Assembly: GCF_000143415.4 (NCBI RefSeq)
Contig: NW_003314293.1
Span: forward strand, 372,001-436,000
Origin: Selaginella moellendorffii
Lineage: Eukaryota > Plantae > Lycopodiophyta
Direction: 5' to 3'
DNA: 64,000 nucleotides
Shown: positions 1-10,966 of the stretch, one piece after another
Numbering within the stretch: the stretch's first letter is position 1
Layout of the letters: every line of letters begins with the position of its first letter
The notes under the pieces: model-generated
What the model was told of the DNA's origin: nothing
What the model saw: only the letters and a program-made list of their open reading frames with translations
Databases searched by the model: none
Program-made: the position numbers and the translations under genes

Positions 1-1530
1 CTTCCTACGTCTCCATGAATCTTACACGACCCCAGTAATGCCATCCAGGCAGCAGCATCCGGCTCAAACGGCATATAGCTCAGCACTTCCTCTGAGTCCT
101 CGAGCTGCCCGAGCCGTCCCAGAAGATCAACGATACATCTGTAATGCTCCAAGCCGGGACGCAGTCCATAATCGTCCTGGAGCGAGTGGAAAAACTCCAA
201 GGCATCGGTCACCAATCCCGCGTGACTACTCGCGAACAAAACGCTCAGAAACGTAACTCGGTCGGATAGAACACCCTCCTGTTCCGTCTCCCTGTAAACT
301 CCGCAAGTTCTCATCCTGTGGCCGTTCTCGGCAAAGCTTCCCATCATGGCGTTCCAGGTGATGAAGTTTCTCTTCTTCATCCCCTGGAAAAACTCGAGAG
401 CCGAGTCCAAGCTTCCGCATTCCCCATACATGTTGACGAGCGCCGTCCCCACGACGAGGTCCGACTCGTAGCCGTGCTCGAGAATGCCCGAGTGAAGAAG
501 CTTGCCTTGTTTCAATGCTAGCGAGTTTGAGCACGCGTCCAGAGCCGCAACGAACGAGGCCTTGTCGGGCTTCATGCCACTGTGACTTAACTTGCAAAAG
601 AGCTCCAGTGCCTCGGTGTTGAATCCATTGAGAGCGTAGGCCGAGATCATGGCGTTCCAGAGGATCACGTCCCCTTCTTCGTCTTCCCGCGACAGCTTCT
701 CAAAAACTTGATTTGCCTCGTCCCAGCAACCAAGAGTTCCATAGAGCTTGACGAGAGCTGTTCCCATGATGATATCCACCGGAAGTTTGGAGTTGATAAC
801 TTCTGCGTGGATGATCCGGCCAGTTGCAAGCTCCTCGAGCTCCGCGCACGAATCCAAGACGGTGACAAAGGTGACGCGATTCGGCTCCACTTCTTCCACT
901 CCCATTCTTCGAAAAAGCTCGATCGCCCTCTTGGCCTCGCCGTTCTGAGAGTAGACTGTGATGACCGCTGTCCACGAGGCAACGTCGTGCTCGAGAAGGG
1001 GGACTCCCCTCGAAAACTCTCCGCGCGTCCTCGACTCGTCCACACTTTCCATACATGTTGACGATCGATGTGAAAACCATGGAGTCGAGCCTGGAGCTTA
1101 GAGCTGAATCCTCGATGGAAGAGTGAATCCCCTTGGCCAGAAAGAACTCTCCAAGGTTTGTGCAAGCGTCGATGACAGTGAGAAACGAGATCTCGTCAAT
1201 CTCGACTCCCTCGAGATCCATGATAGTGAAGAGATGAACAGCGTCTTTGCAATGCCCGTTCTGGGCATATGCCGCCATGAGAGAATTCCAGGAGACCACA
1301 TCCCTCTCGAGCGTGTCATCGAACATCCTCTTGGCCTCCTGGACGAATCCATTCTGCCCGTAGGCATTGATCATCACATTGCAAGGGATGGCGCTGAGCT
1401 CCGGGATGGAATCGAAGAGCATCTTTGCCTGGCGCATAAACCCTAGCTGGGCAAATCCCCCGACTACCGCCGTCCACGCCACCGCGTTGTGGCACGGCAT
1501 CCTGGCCAGCAAATCCCTTGCCTCAGCGAA
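1..1530 (-). pseudogene. PLS-class PPR pseudogene, duplicate of the gene at 19254-21161
   Basis: Near-identical to ~19372-20900. It has a 1-nt insertion near 1004 (ggactcccct vs ggatcccct) that shifts the frame after RRVFEG. Homology stops abruptly at ~1530, so the N-terminal ~87 codons are missing. It runs off the window edge. Confidence 0.9.
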
Positions 1531-1559
1531 TTTCACTAATGTCAATTGCATCCTATATC

Positions 1560-3950
1560 ACTAGTTTCTTCCTCCATCTACCTATCCTTATTTTACTTTG
1601 GCAAGTTCTTGGATGCTGGAAAGGTTTCAGTAAAGCTACTGCTAGAAGGCACTTACCCCACCTTATAATACATATCTATGCATTCTTCGCCCCTTTCATG
1701 GATCGAATGTCAATTTTTTCAAGCCAAGATTATACTTGCTTCCACATATTTCTCAATATTCTTTGCAATCTTCTTTTGGTTTGCCAATTCTATTGCTTTG
1801 TTCACCTTGTAGAAACATTCTCATAACTTGAACTCAACTATCTGAGTCATACCCTATTCATAAGAATCCTGCAACATAATTTTCATTGGATCCCCCTTGA
1901 AGTGTTAATTAGTGACTATAGATGCTAAACAATCTTACTGTCCTTTGGAGTCTTCATCGCAAATTTATACAGAAGTCTTCAATTGTCCAAGATGAAGAAC
2001 CAATCACCAAATCTCAATTTCACATCCCTTTAAATGCCCCATAAAGTCTTGAATCCCAACTAGTCTCATGAACATTGTACTCCTAGCCCATAGTAATATG
2101 CTATAAGTTAATCAGCCATTCACATGAATCTAATGCATATGGTTTTCACTTTATACTTTATAGTGATTTATTATAGCCATGATGATTCAATGATCAAAAT
2201 ACGCAAGTTCTCCCCTATATTATTGCTAAACTATAGGCATTCAATAGATTGATTTGGCTGGATGATTGTATGGACCTAGAAAACCTAAAGAAGCATATCT
2301 ATACCAATGCTAGGCAATATGTTAAGTAAAATTTCTGGTAGGGTCTTTAGCATGTCTCCATCATCATGGAGTGGGAAAAACCTACCCATACCATGTTTGC
2401 CACTTATTTTGGCTTGTCAAATACCACTTGCCACACTATTATATACATGCATTCTTTCATCCTATTGGCATAGCTATTGCTAATCTTTAATCATGGTGTA
2501 GAAGCTAATTGAGATTGTCCTCAAAAATGGCTTCCACTGACTCCTCCTAAACCTGTTTGGAGCCTCAAGTTGTCACCCTTTAGAGCATGTTTATAATGTT
2601 GGCATTTTGCGGCACAATGCCTCATGATCTTGGTTTTGGCAGAGACTTGAAACAGTCAAACGATAGTTGCAAACCCAATTAGATCTTGCAAGCTATTGCA
2701 AAAATGAATATCACCCATTTTTGATATACCAAAAATGGGTATATCAAAATTGCACCACTTTGCATGCAAGTCCCTTGAATTCAGGCAAAATAAGCTATAT
2801 AAATTCAGTGTAATATAGTGAACAATGAGTCTAGCTAGCATTCTACATCCTAAACTTGCTTAAGTGAGATTTTGTTCTTGTCAAGCTACTGTAACAAGGA
2901 GTGCATGCAAGACTTGTTGTATCAATCACTTTCTAATAGTCTTCTATGGTAACACTTTAGAAATGGTGAATGTGATTTGAGCTTTAATAAACTAACAAAT
3001 TTCAAATCATTTAAACTCTACCAACAGTGCAAATTGTCTAAATTCATCATAAGAATATTTTATATATTCTAGTAAATGTTTTATTGGGCATTTGATTATT
3101 CATTAGCTTCCTTTAGTAGATAAAGATACATTTGTCAAGACCTTTAATAAATCTTTTAGAATGTGATTACTATTATTCTGGGAATAAGACCCATAATCTT
3201 TTGGACCATATGGTTCATCTAGATACTCTTTAGTATTCATATAACCATCCTCCTTTACATCTTCTTGGTTAGGTTTGGTATTGAAAACTAGATTAGGTTG
3301 TTGGCTACAAGCGAATGAGCTTTAACCCTATCTACTAGAACCATACACTCAAAGCCTTTTTACAACTAGATCTCTACTTCATATGCTAAATAAAATACCC
3401 TCCAAAGCTGCAATCTAGGAAACCTTTAACATGCACCATGGAATGAGTGGGAGGTGTGAGAGAAAGATCAATGCATCAAAACATAGAAAATAAGTTATAT
3501 AGAAGATGGACAACGTTCCAATCTCTGAATATTCTAGTTTATCTACCATAACAAACTAAATACATTAGATGGTTTTGGTCTATTTTTGCTCACCAAAAAC
3601 CTTGAATATTCAATTTTTCACTACAACAGTTAGTTTAGTTTTGCTTTTCTGCCAAACTCTAAAAGCATAATGTGTCTAGTGGGTTTTATAGTATGGCTGA
3701 ACTATTTTGCATTAGCAATGATTTTGGCAATAGTAAAGTACAAAATGTTTTTTAGCTTAACAGTTGCTATTGGTTTTGGTAGTGTATCTTTAGTAGTTGT
3801 TGTTGAGGCTCTTTTCCTAAATCATACGCTTTATGGTTGGTTGAACAACTTTTGCAATATCATAGTTGTGAAATTTGATATTTGCAGAGAACTCTTCAAT
3901 ATAGCAAGTAGAATCAAGAAATCTAGCACTCGAAGAAACAATAAATGTAA
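1560..3950 (-). mobile_element. Highly decayed Ty3/Gypsy-like pol relic (RNase H/integrase fragments)
   Basis: AT-rich with no intact ORF. Minus-strand translation gives broken fragments reminiscent of Gypsy pol: GLGGV near 2540, ..GFLGP near 2275, LWA-R-like near 2085, and a GDxV-like integrase tail near 2000. The boundaries are approximate. Confidence 0.35.
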
Positions 3951-4421
3951 CTTGCTAGATCATTAATTAACTAGCTATATATGATGAAAAAACTTACTTG
4001 TCTTACATTTATAATATTTTATCTTTTGATGTGTTATGACAATGTGAGCTTTACGTATGACCAACACACGGATTCTCTTTTCTTGGAGATATTCACTCAA
4101 GTCAGCCACACCTTGAACGGCATGTCTTGATAAGTGATATAGACAAGATCAGGTACAACTTCATCTATCGTGTTATTTACTGATGTTTTCTGCAATCCAT
4201 CCTAAGAAACTCAGGATCAAACTATAAGAAACCAGGTACAGTGATGCGAGCGTCGTGTGCTATTGTGTTGGTGTTGTCTTTTTCTTGTTTTGTCATCATA
4301 GGAAAGCTGGAGATAGATGAAAAGCGGCCGTAGCTCTCTCCTCTGCAAGCTTCTCAACAGCAAAGTAATAGCAAGTTCATTTACAAGTCATTCGTTACAA
4401 GTTCATTCAGGACAAGTTCCT

Positions 4422-5177
4422 TCACTTGTTTATTCCCTCTAAAACCCGGCCTACGACCTTCTTTCTCTGCTCCGCTTCTCTCTTGTCCAGGTTAGCAAGA
4501 GCCCCGTTCATGAAACCTGCCTTGTACTCCTTGATATATCTCGTGGGAATTGCTGGCCCCTTCTGGAGGATGGCAGCCACATTCTTGGTCTCATAGCTTG
4601 CCACAGCCTTGCAGCATCCAAAGTCGAGTGCTGAGAATCTCGTCATGTTGTTGGCTCCCTTAGCCAGGTAGAACTCGATATCCCATCCGTCTAGATGAGC
4701 TTGAAAGACGAGAAAGCCGTAAAACTTCCCAAATTCAGTAGCCAGGGCCGAAACTTTGAGGTGGGGGAATCGCTCAGCCAGCCTTGCACAGCCCTTATCT
4801 GTAAACCGCACCTTGAGTAGCTGCTCATGTCCTTGGATAGGAAGAAGTTTCTCCATTGTGAATGCTGGGCAAGAACCGTGTTTTCCCAACACTTTCGCCG
4901 TCTGCAAGCCAAGCATGTGTCACACAATGACATGAAAATCCAATCCAAACCTCAGGGTTCCCGTAGATCTGTTCGAGAATGTGGCCAGGTGCACTTCGCA
5001 GCTCCGGGATGAATTCCATCGGTTTGGGAATCGACAATCCTTCTTCGCCATCGGCTCCAATTGCAATCCAACCAGCGTAGATTGCCTGGTATCTTCAAGC
5101 CCTGGATTCGCCACTTTGAGAACACAGTCATCCAGAAAGATGACAACACTCGTCTTTCCCTGATCAGGACTCAGCAT
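4422..5177 (-). pseudogene. Atypical protein-kinase-like gene (DUF3669-like), frameshifted
   Basis: Ordered kinase-fold motifs: QGKTSVV...VLKV, IPKPMEFI, FTMEKL, HLDGWDIEFYL, LDFG. A 49-nt GT-AG intron at 4902-4950 joins QIYGNPE to TAKV. A frame change near 5090-5100 is needed to join the N-lobe. Confidence 0.55.
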
Positions 5178-5671
5178 TGCTCTCTCTCTCTCTCTTCACT
5201 CGTTTGCCCTGATCCTTGCCCTAGCCTCGCAACTCTTTCCCTCGCTGCTTCCTTGTCCCCTAAAGTCAAATTTGATTCGCATATTCTAATGTCGTCCCGC
5301 TCAAAATTTCAAAATTATTCATAGGAATATTCTACTATTCTATAATGTTATCAGGAAAAGAATAATATCAATGTATGTATGTACTATAATAATAGTCGTG
5401 AAATGAATGACATTTTGGCTCACTAGTTTCTTAATAGTTTATCAGTTTGAATAAAGAAGCATGAAGCTTTAGAAATGAAAACGAAGTTCAGTTATATAAA
5501 AAAATTAATTTTCTTACATTATATTTTAATATATATTAATAATAATACAATTTAAGTATTAAATATTGTTTCATGAAATAAAATTCACAAGATTAAGTTT
5601 GGTTATGAGTTTATATTCTTAATTATTTTAATATTGTTACAATCTAGATGAGTTTGATTCAACTTTTAAAT

Positions 5672-5870
5672 GGTTGTTATTTATTTAGATTAATCTTGTA
5701 TTTATAATTTATAGCATATTAAAAATTTATTAACTTTCCAAAGAACTTCCTAGTATATACCAATGTGCCAATGTGTTTATAAATTATAAACATTTTTTAA
5801 ATTATAAAATTCCAAATAATCAGTTATATTAATAAAATAATAAAACTACTAATATTATAGTAAAATAATT
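5672..5870. repeat. AT-rich repeat unit; second copy at ~11094-11223, continuing after 17419
   Basis: ggttgttatttatttagattaatcttgtattta...gtttataaattataaaca recurs at 11094-11210 with substitutions. Confidence 0.7.
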
Positions 5871-5954
5871 TAATAACCTCACAGAAAACTATTATACAAT
5901 TACATGAATTTTTAAAGATATTATTAGAATATCCTAGTATATTCTTTATACTAC

Positions 5955-6129
5955 TGTGAGGGCCAAGTGTACAGCTACAATGCCATATACTAATATTAGC
6001 GTAGTGGATTTTGGTAGCCGTCGGATTGGTTTCAATCCGGACCACTCGCTCCTGTATATAAGCTAGGGTTTTTTGGGCTAATGGATATGCACATTTCTGT
6101 ATTCCTTTTCCATATTCCATACACTCACA
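5955..6129 (+). repeat. 5' LTR of Gypsy copy 1
   Basis: TGTGAGGGCC...ACTCACA, with a TATATAA box at ~6055. Matches 10792-10966. Confidence 0.95.
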
Positions 6130-6130
6130 T

Positions 6131-6146
6131 TGGTGGAGGAGAGGGG
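6131..6146 (+). other. Primer binding site, tRNA-Ala type
   Basis: TGGTGGAG just after the LTR (TGGTGGAGATG in copy 2) is complementary to the 3' end of plant tRNA-Ala (...CAUCUCCACCA). Confidence 0.7.
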
Positions 6147-6362
6147 CACCTTTGATTGTCCCTGGGGAGTGCTTGGATTTGGGATTTCAGTTTAGATCTA
6201 GCTTTTGCATTGTCTAGATCTAGCTTTTTCCATTTCCTTTCTTTTGTTCTTTCCTTTCAGGATTTTGGTTTAGATTTAGCTTTTTGCATTGTCTAGATCT
6301 ACCATTTCTTTCCAGCTTTTTGTCATTTCTCTTCTTTTGCTCTTTCTTTCTCATTCATTTTC

Positions 6363-7295
6363 ATGGCCGATCCGCAATCTCCTCCTTTGACTCTAGAGCA
6401 GCAGTTGGTTCAATTGCTTGATGCTATGCGCTTGCAATTGAACAACCAAACTCAGTTGATGGCGGCGTTCACGGCACATGGTACAACTCCTCCTGCTTTT
6501 GGTGCCAATCCTCGCGTTCGGCCGGAGTTCTTTCGTGGGAATCCTGGGGATGATGTGTACCATTGGTTCGATCACTTCACGGTGATTGCCACATATCATT
6601 CTTGGGATGATGCTCGACGTTTGCGTGAGTTCCCCACATGTCTTCAAGGGATGGCATTGCAGTGGTACAATGGATTGAGCGTAGCTACTCGTGGCGATTG
6701 GAGTGTTCTTCCGGACGTCTTCAAACGCGCCTTCGGACACGCCGACGATTGTGATGATGCCTTCCAACAATTGCATCGTCTTCGCCAAGGGCCATCTGAG
6801 TTGGTGATGCAATTTGGCGTTCGTTTCCGAAGTCTTTTGCTTCGTGCGGAGCCAAATATGTCGGAGCAGATCAAGCTAGGAATGCTGTGGCCAGCACTTC
6901 GTCAGGATCTTGTCGGACTTGTGCATGCACTTGCTCCTGCCACTCTTGACGATGCTCTTCGCTTGGCACAACGTTATGAGACGTCGCCTCTTCCACTTCT
7001 TGCTACACGTCCTTCAGCTCCACTTCCTATGAGTGATGGTCCTGTTCCCATGGAGGTTGATGCTGCTGCTACTCGAGTCCAAGGACAAGGGCGAGGACGT
7101 GGTCGTGGCCATGACATTCGTTGCTGGGCGTGTGATGAAGTTGGTCATACTTATCGGCGTTGTCGGCGCTTTCCGGATTGGCGACCTCCATTTCCTGGGT
7201 GGAGACCTTAGCGTCAGCAACGTCCCGTTGGTGCTGCTGCAGTGGAAGGTTTGGATACCGAGGTGCATTCGGGAAACGAGGAGTCGCGCGAGTAA
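6363..7295 (+). pseudogene. Retrotransposon gag with CCHC zinc knuckle; premature TAG at 7209-7211
   Basis: Capsid-like region, GPVPMEVD, and CWACDEVGHTYRRC (CX2CX4HX4C). The TAG is TGG in copy 2, so the natural gag end is TAA at 7293-7295. Confidence 0.9.
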
Positions 7296-7334
7296 TGGAG
7301 GGACCTTGCACGAATAAGTTAGTGACCCCTCCAT
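7271..7334 (+). promoter_or_regulatory. -1 programmed ribosomal frameshift signal: G_GGA_AAC plus H-type pseudoknot
   Basis: The heptamer is in X_XXY_YYZ phase with gag, and pol continues in the -1 frame (GKRGVARV...DTGS). After a 6-nt spacer, stem 1 is 7284-7292/7305-7313 and stem 2 is 7295-7302/7327-7334. Confidence 0.8.
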
Positions 7335-10300
7335 CTTTCTTTCGGGAGTATCATCAAGGGGTTCACTCGGCACCGGTTCATCCAGTGTTTACTTTCCAAG
7401 CTCGTTTTTATAACAAGAGGTCTCCTATTCTTCTCTCCGTGTTGGTTGATACAGGCTCGAGTTTATCTTCTATTGCTCGACCTGTTGCCACACGTTGTCG
7501 TCTACACTTGCGTCGTGCGGCGGATCCAGTTTTCATTCTTTATGGCAACGGCCGTACACATGCATGTGCACGAGATGAGGCGGACCTGGTTGTGCGTGTG
7601 GGCGATCTCGAGCTTGAGTTGCAGTCGTTGCGGGTGGTGCCGAGTCAAGCTTTTGACCTCATTCTTGGTATGGATTGGTTGCAGCACAATCATGCCAAGT
7701 GTGACTTTGAGGTTTTTCCCCCTTGTCTCATACTTCCTTATGTTTCATCCATTCCTCTCACTTCCGTACCTTTTCGTCCCTCTACTTCTACCTCTGCTTC
7801 CATTACTTTTGTTTCCCCATTATTTCCTCTTGTGTTTCCATCTTGTTCTGCTCTTCCCTTTTCCGATCCCTCCGATGATCTTTGTGTTGCAGCTGTTGAC
7901 CAGCTCATGAAGGAGTATTCTGATCTCTTTGAATTTGACCTATCGTCTGGGGCCAAGATTGCCACACGTCATCCCATTCCAACCGGGGATGCTCGTCCAA
8001 TCAAGGTTCCTGTTCGTCGTCGGTCACCCAAGGAGATCAAGATTTTACGTGCAAACGTCAAAGAGATGTTAGAGAAGGGTGTTATTCGGAAGTCGCGGAG
8101 TCCTTGGGCATGTGAACCTCATCTTGTGACGAAGCCTGATGGGAGTATTCGTTTCTGCATCGACTATCGTCCGTTAAATGAAGTGACGATCCCGGACGTG
8201 TACCCTCTTCCTCACACTGCTGATCTCTTGGATCGTCTGGGGTGAAGTCGTTGGTTCACCAAGCTAGATCTTGCTTCTGGGTATTGGCAAGTACCGATGG
8301 CTGAAGACGATATTCCTAAGACTGCTTTTCGTACACCATTTGGTTTGTACGAGTTTTTGGTGATGCCGTTTGGTTTGAACAATGCTCCAGCAACTTTTCA
8401 GCGGATGATGGATGAGGTTCTTTGCAATATGCCGGAGGTGACGGCTGACTTCATTGATGATGTCTTGATCCACTCGGAGGGGCCGTGGGAGGAGCATGTT
8501 CGTGATGTTTGTAAAGTGTTGGATCGGCTACGCGACGTTGGTTTAAAGCTGAAACGGTCGAAGTGCGTGTTTGGGTCCAAGGACACAACTTATCTTGGGT
8601 ACCGTATTTCTCGTGAGGGTTTGCAAGTTGATCCTGACAAACTTGTGGCTGTTCTAAAGTTCCCTACTCCGAAATGTGTGAATGATGTACAGCGCTTTTT
8701 GGGTAAGGTGCAGTATCTCGGTCGTTTTGTGGATCATCTTTCCGATCGCACTACACCATTGCGAGCGTTGCTGAAGTCATCAACGTCATCTTTCATCTGG
8801 TCTTCGGATTGTGAGCGGGCGTTCGTGGATCTCAAAGAGCTATTGACGACTCCTCCGGTTTTGGCATATCCTGACTACACTCGACCTTTTATTTTGCGCG
8901 TGGATGCTTCTGACATTGGTCTTGGAGGTGTGTTGATGCAAGAGAGCTCGAGTGTGCCTGGTCAGCGCCATCCCATTGCATACATAAGCCGTACATTACA
9001 ACCAGCGGAGATGAACTACTCCACGACGGAGAAGGAGTGTTTAGCAGCAGTCTGGGGTTTCGAGAAACTTCATGCATATCTACATGGTTCTCGGACATTA
9101 CTTGAAGGTGACCATGCTGCTGTTACTTCATTATTGAAGCGGAAGAACCTGGTTGGGCGTACGGCTCGATGGGCTTTGAAGCTTCAGATATATGATTTCG
9201 ATGTTGTTCATCGCCCAGGGAGTTCTATGGCTGATGCTGATGCCCTTTCTCGAGCTCCTCTTCCTTCTCCACTCACTTCTCATGTTTCTGACGAACCTGT
9301 TGTTCCAGCGTCTGTGGATTTTCTAGATGAGGATTCTGTGCCGTCAGCGGTTGCTGTCCTTGATGTTCAGTGTCCACAGGGCGCAGAGCAAGATCTACCT
9401 TCTCTTGATGAGGTTCGCGAGGCTCAAAAGATTGAGCCGTGGATTCGAAGGCTTCGAGATGGGTTTGAGAATCTTGCATCACTTGTTGATGACTTGCCTT
9501 TCCGGCATTTACATTCTCAATATCGCCTTGAAGATGGCCTTCTTTATTTTGTGGGGACGGATCCTGATGATCATTTACGGTTGGTGGTGCCTTCGGTGTT
9601 TATTCCGCGGTTTCTCCATGCCTACCATGATTCTCCTGTTCTAGGTGGGCATATGGGACACTGTCGTGTCACCGAGAAGCTGCGCAGGTCTTTCTATTGG
9701 CCGGAGATGCGACGTGATATTATCCGGTATGTGCGTAGCTGCGTTTGGTGCCAAGCTCGTAATACTCCCCCTTGTGCTGCGGAAGGACGGTTGGAGTCAA
9801 TTGCAGTTTCCCGTCTGTTTGAGTTGGTGGCGTTTGATCTTATGGGACCTTTTCCACGATCAACTGCTGACAATGAGTATGTTATTATTGCTTCTAACTA
9901 CTTGACTCGTTGGGTGGAAGTTGGTGCTCTCGCTAGCGCCTCTGCAACTGCTGTTGGATACTTCCTCCTCAATCGAGTGGTGTTCCAGCATTCTTGTCCA
10001 GAGCGGATTCTTTCGGATAATGGTCCTGCATTTATGGCTGAGGTATTTTATGTTTTGACATCTCGGTTGGGGATACGCCACACTTTTACGAGTGCTTATC
10101 ATCCACAATCAGACGGTCTGGTGGAACGGCTTGTTCGGACATTCAAAGGGATGATTGCGAAGTATGTGAACTTTTAGCATTCGGATTGGGATGGTTATTT
10201 GCCATCTCTTCGGTATGCCTATGTCACAGGGGTGCAAAGTTCTGTTGGTGCTTCACCATATAAACTTCTATATGGTCATGATCCAATATTACCAACAGAG

Positions 10301-10759
10301 CTGGGTTTACCTTCGCGATTGCCACGAGCTCCTGATGCTAGGTCATGGGATCAGTATTTGACAAGCATTCTTCCACTTGTCCGAGCAGAGTCTGCCGAAC
10401 ACTTAGGCCGCATACAAGTGGGACAACAACGGCACTACAACTCCCATCATCGTCCAGCTGCGGAGTACAAAGTGGATGATTTGGTGTTAGTCCGTTTTCC
10501 CCATCTTACGGTACGTGGTTTGTCTAAGGGGCTCCTTGCGCAGTGGAAAGGACCGTATCGGGTGTTGCGGCAAGTTGGACCGCAAGTTTATGAGGTTCGG
10601 CATGACGTTCAGCAGGCCGATCCTCCAGAGATTGTGCATGTGCAGCGGTTAAAACGCTTCATACAAAGGGATCAGGAGCAGTTAATACCGTCTACAGATC
10701 CGCCGATGCCTCCTCCTGACGTTCCTCCAGATCCCGGCCCATCTACAAGAGAACCCTGA
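7271..10759 (+). pseudogene. Gypsy pol (protease, RT, RNase H, integrase) with in-frame stops at 8243-8245 and 10175-10177
   Basis: VLVDTGS protease; RFCIDYRPLN, VMPFGL and FIDD (RT); DAS..GLGGVL and NYSTTEKE (RNase H); HHCC, SDNG, YHPQSDG and WKGPY (integrase). The ORF pieces are all in one frame, and copy 2 has Gln at both stop positions. Confidence 0.93.
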
Positions 10760-10776
10760 CGGCCTTCCATTATTCC

Positions 10777-10791
10777 GAGAGGAGGGGATGA
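10777..10791 (+). other. Polypurine tract
   Basis: GAGAGGAGGGGATGA immediately before the 3' LTR. Confidence 0.85.
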
Positions 10792-10966
10792 TGTGAGGGC
10801 CAAGTGTACGGCTACGATGCCGTATACTAATATTAGCGTAGTGGATTTTGGTAGCCGTCGGATTGGTTTCAATCCGGACCACTCGCTCCTGTATATAAGC
10901 TAGGGTATTTTGGGCTAATGGATATGCACATTTCTGTATTCCTTTTCCATATTCCATGCACTTACA
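10792..10966 (+). repeat. 3' LTR of Gypsy copy 1
   Basis: 175-bp match to 5955-6129. Confidence 0.95.

Larger units (their letters stand above)
5955..10966 (+). mobile_element. Full-length Ty3/Gypsy LTR retrotransposon, copy 1 (non-chromovirus)
   Basis: 175-bp TG...CA LTRs (5955-6129, 10792-10966; 6 differences), 4-bp TSD CTAC (5951-5954 and 10967-10970), PBS and PPT. Domain order is gag-PR-RT-RNaseH-INT. The integrase ends in a GPY module with no chromodomain. Confidence 0.97.

Noticed and set aside
1531-5440. Helitron capturing the PPR and kinase-like fragments
   Set aside because: CACTAGTTTCTT occurs near 1559 and 5421, but I found no convincing terminal hairpin, TC start or Rep/helicase.
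5824-6120. ORF MEYGKGIQKCAYP... (also 10682-10957) and the repeated MSLGLNS ORFs at 14.5-15.9 kb
   Set aside because: They recur only because they overlap LTR copies, and there is no evidence of coding function.
7206-7215. Programmed stop-codon readthrough or Ty1-like +1 frameshift at CCT TAG C
   Set aside because: Copy 2 has TGG here, and the +1 frame closes at 7317. The TAG is a mutation, and the real junction is the -1 site at 7271.
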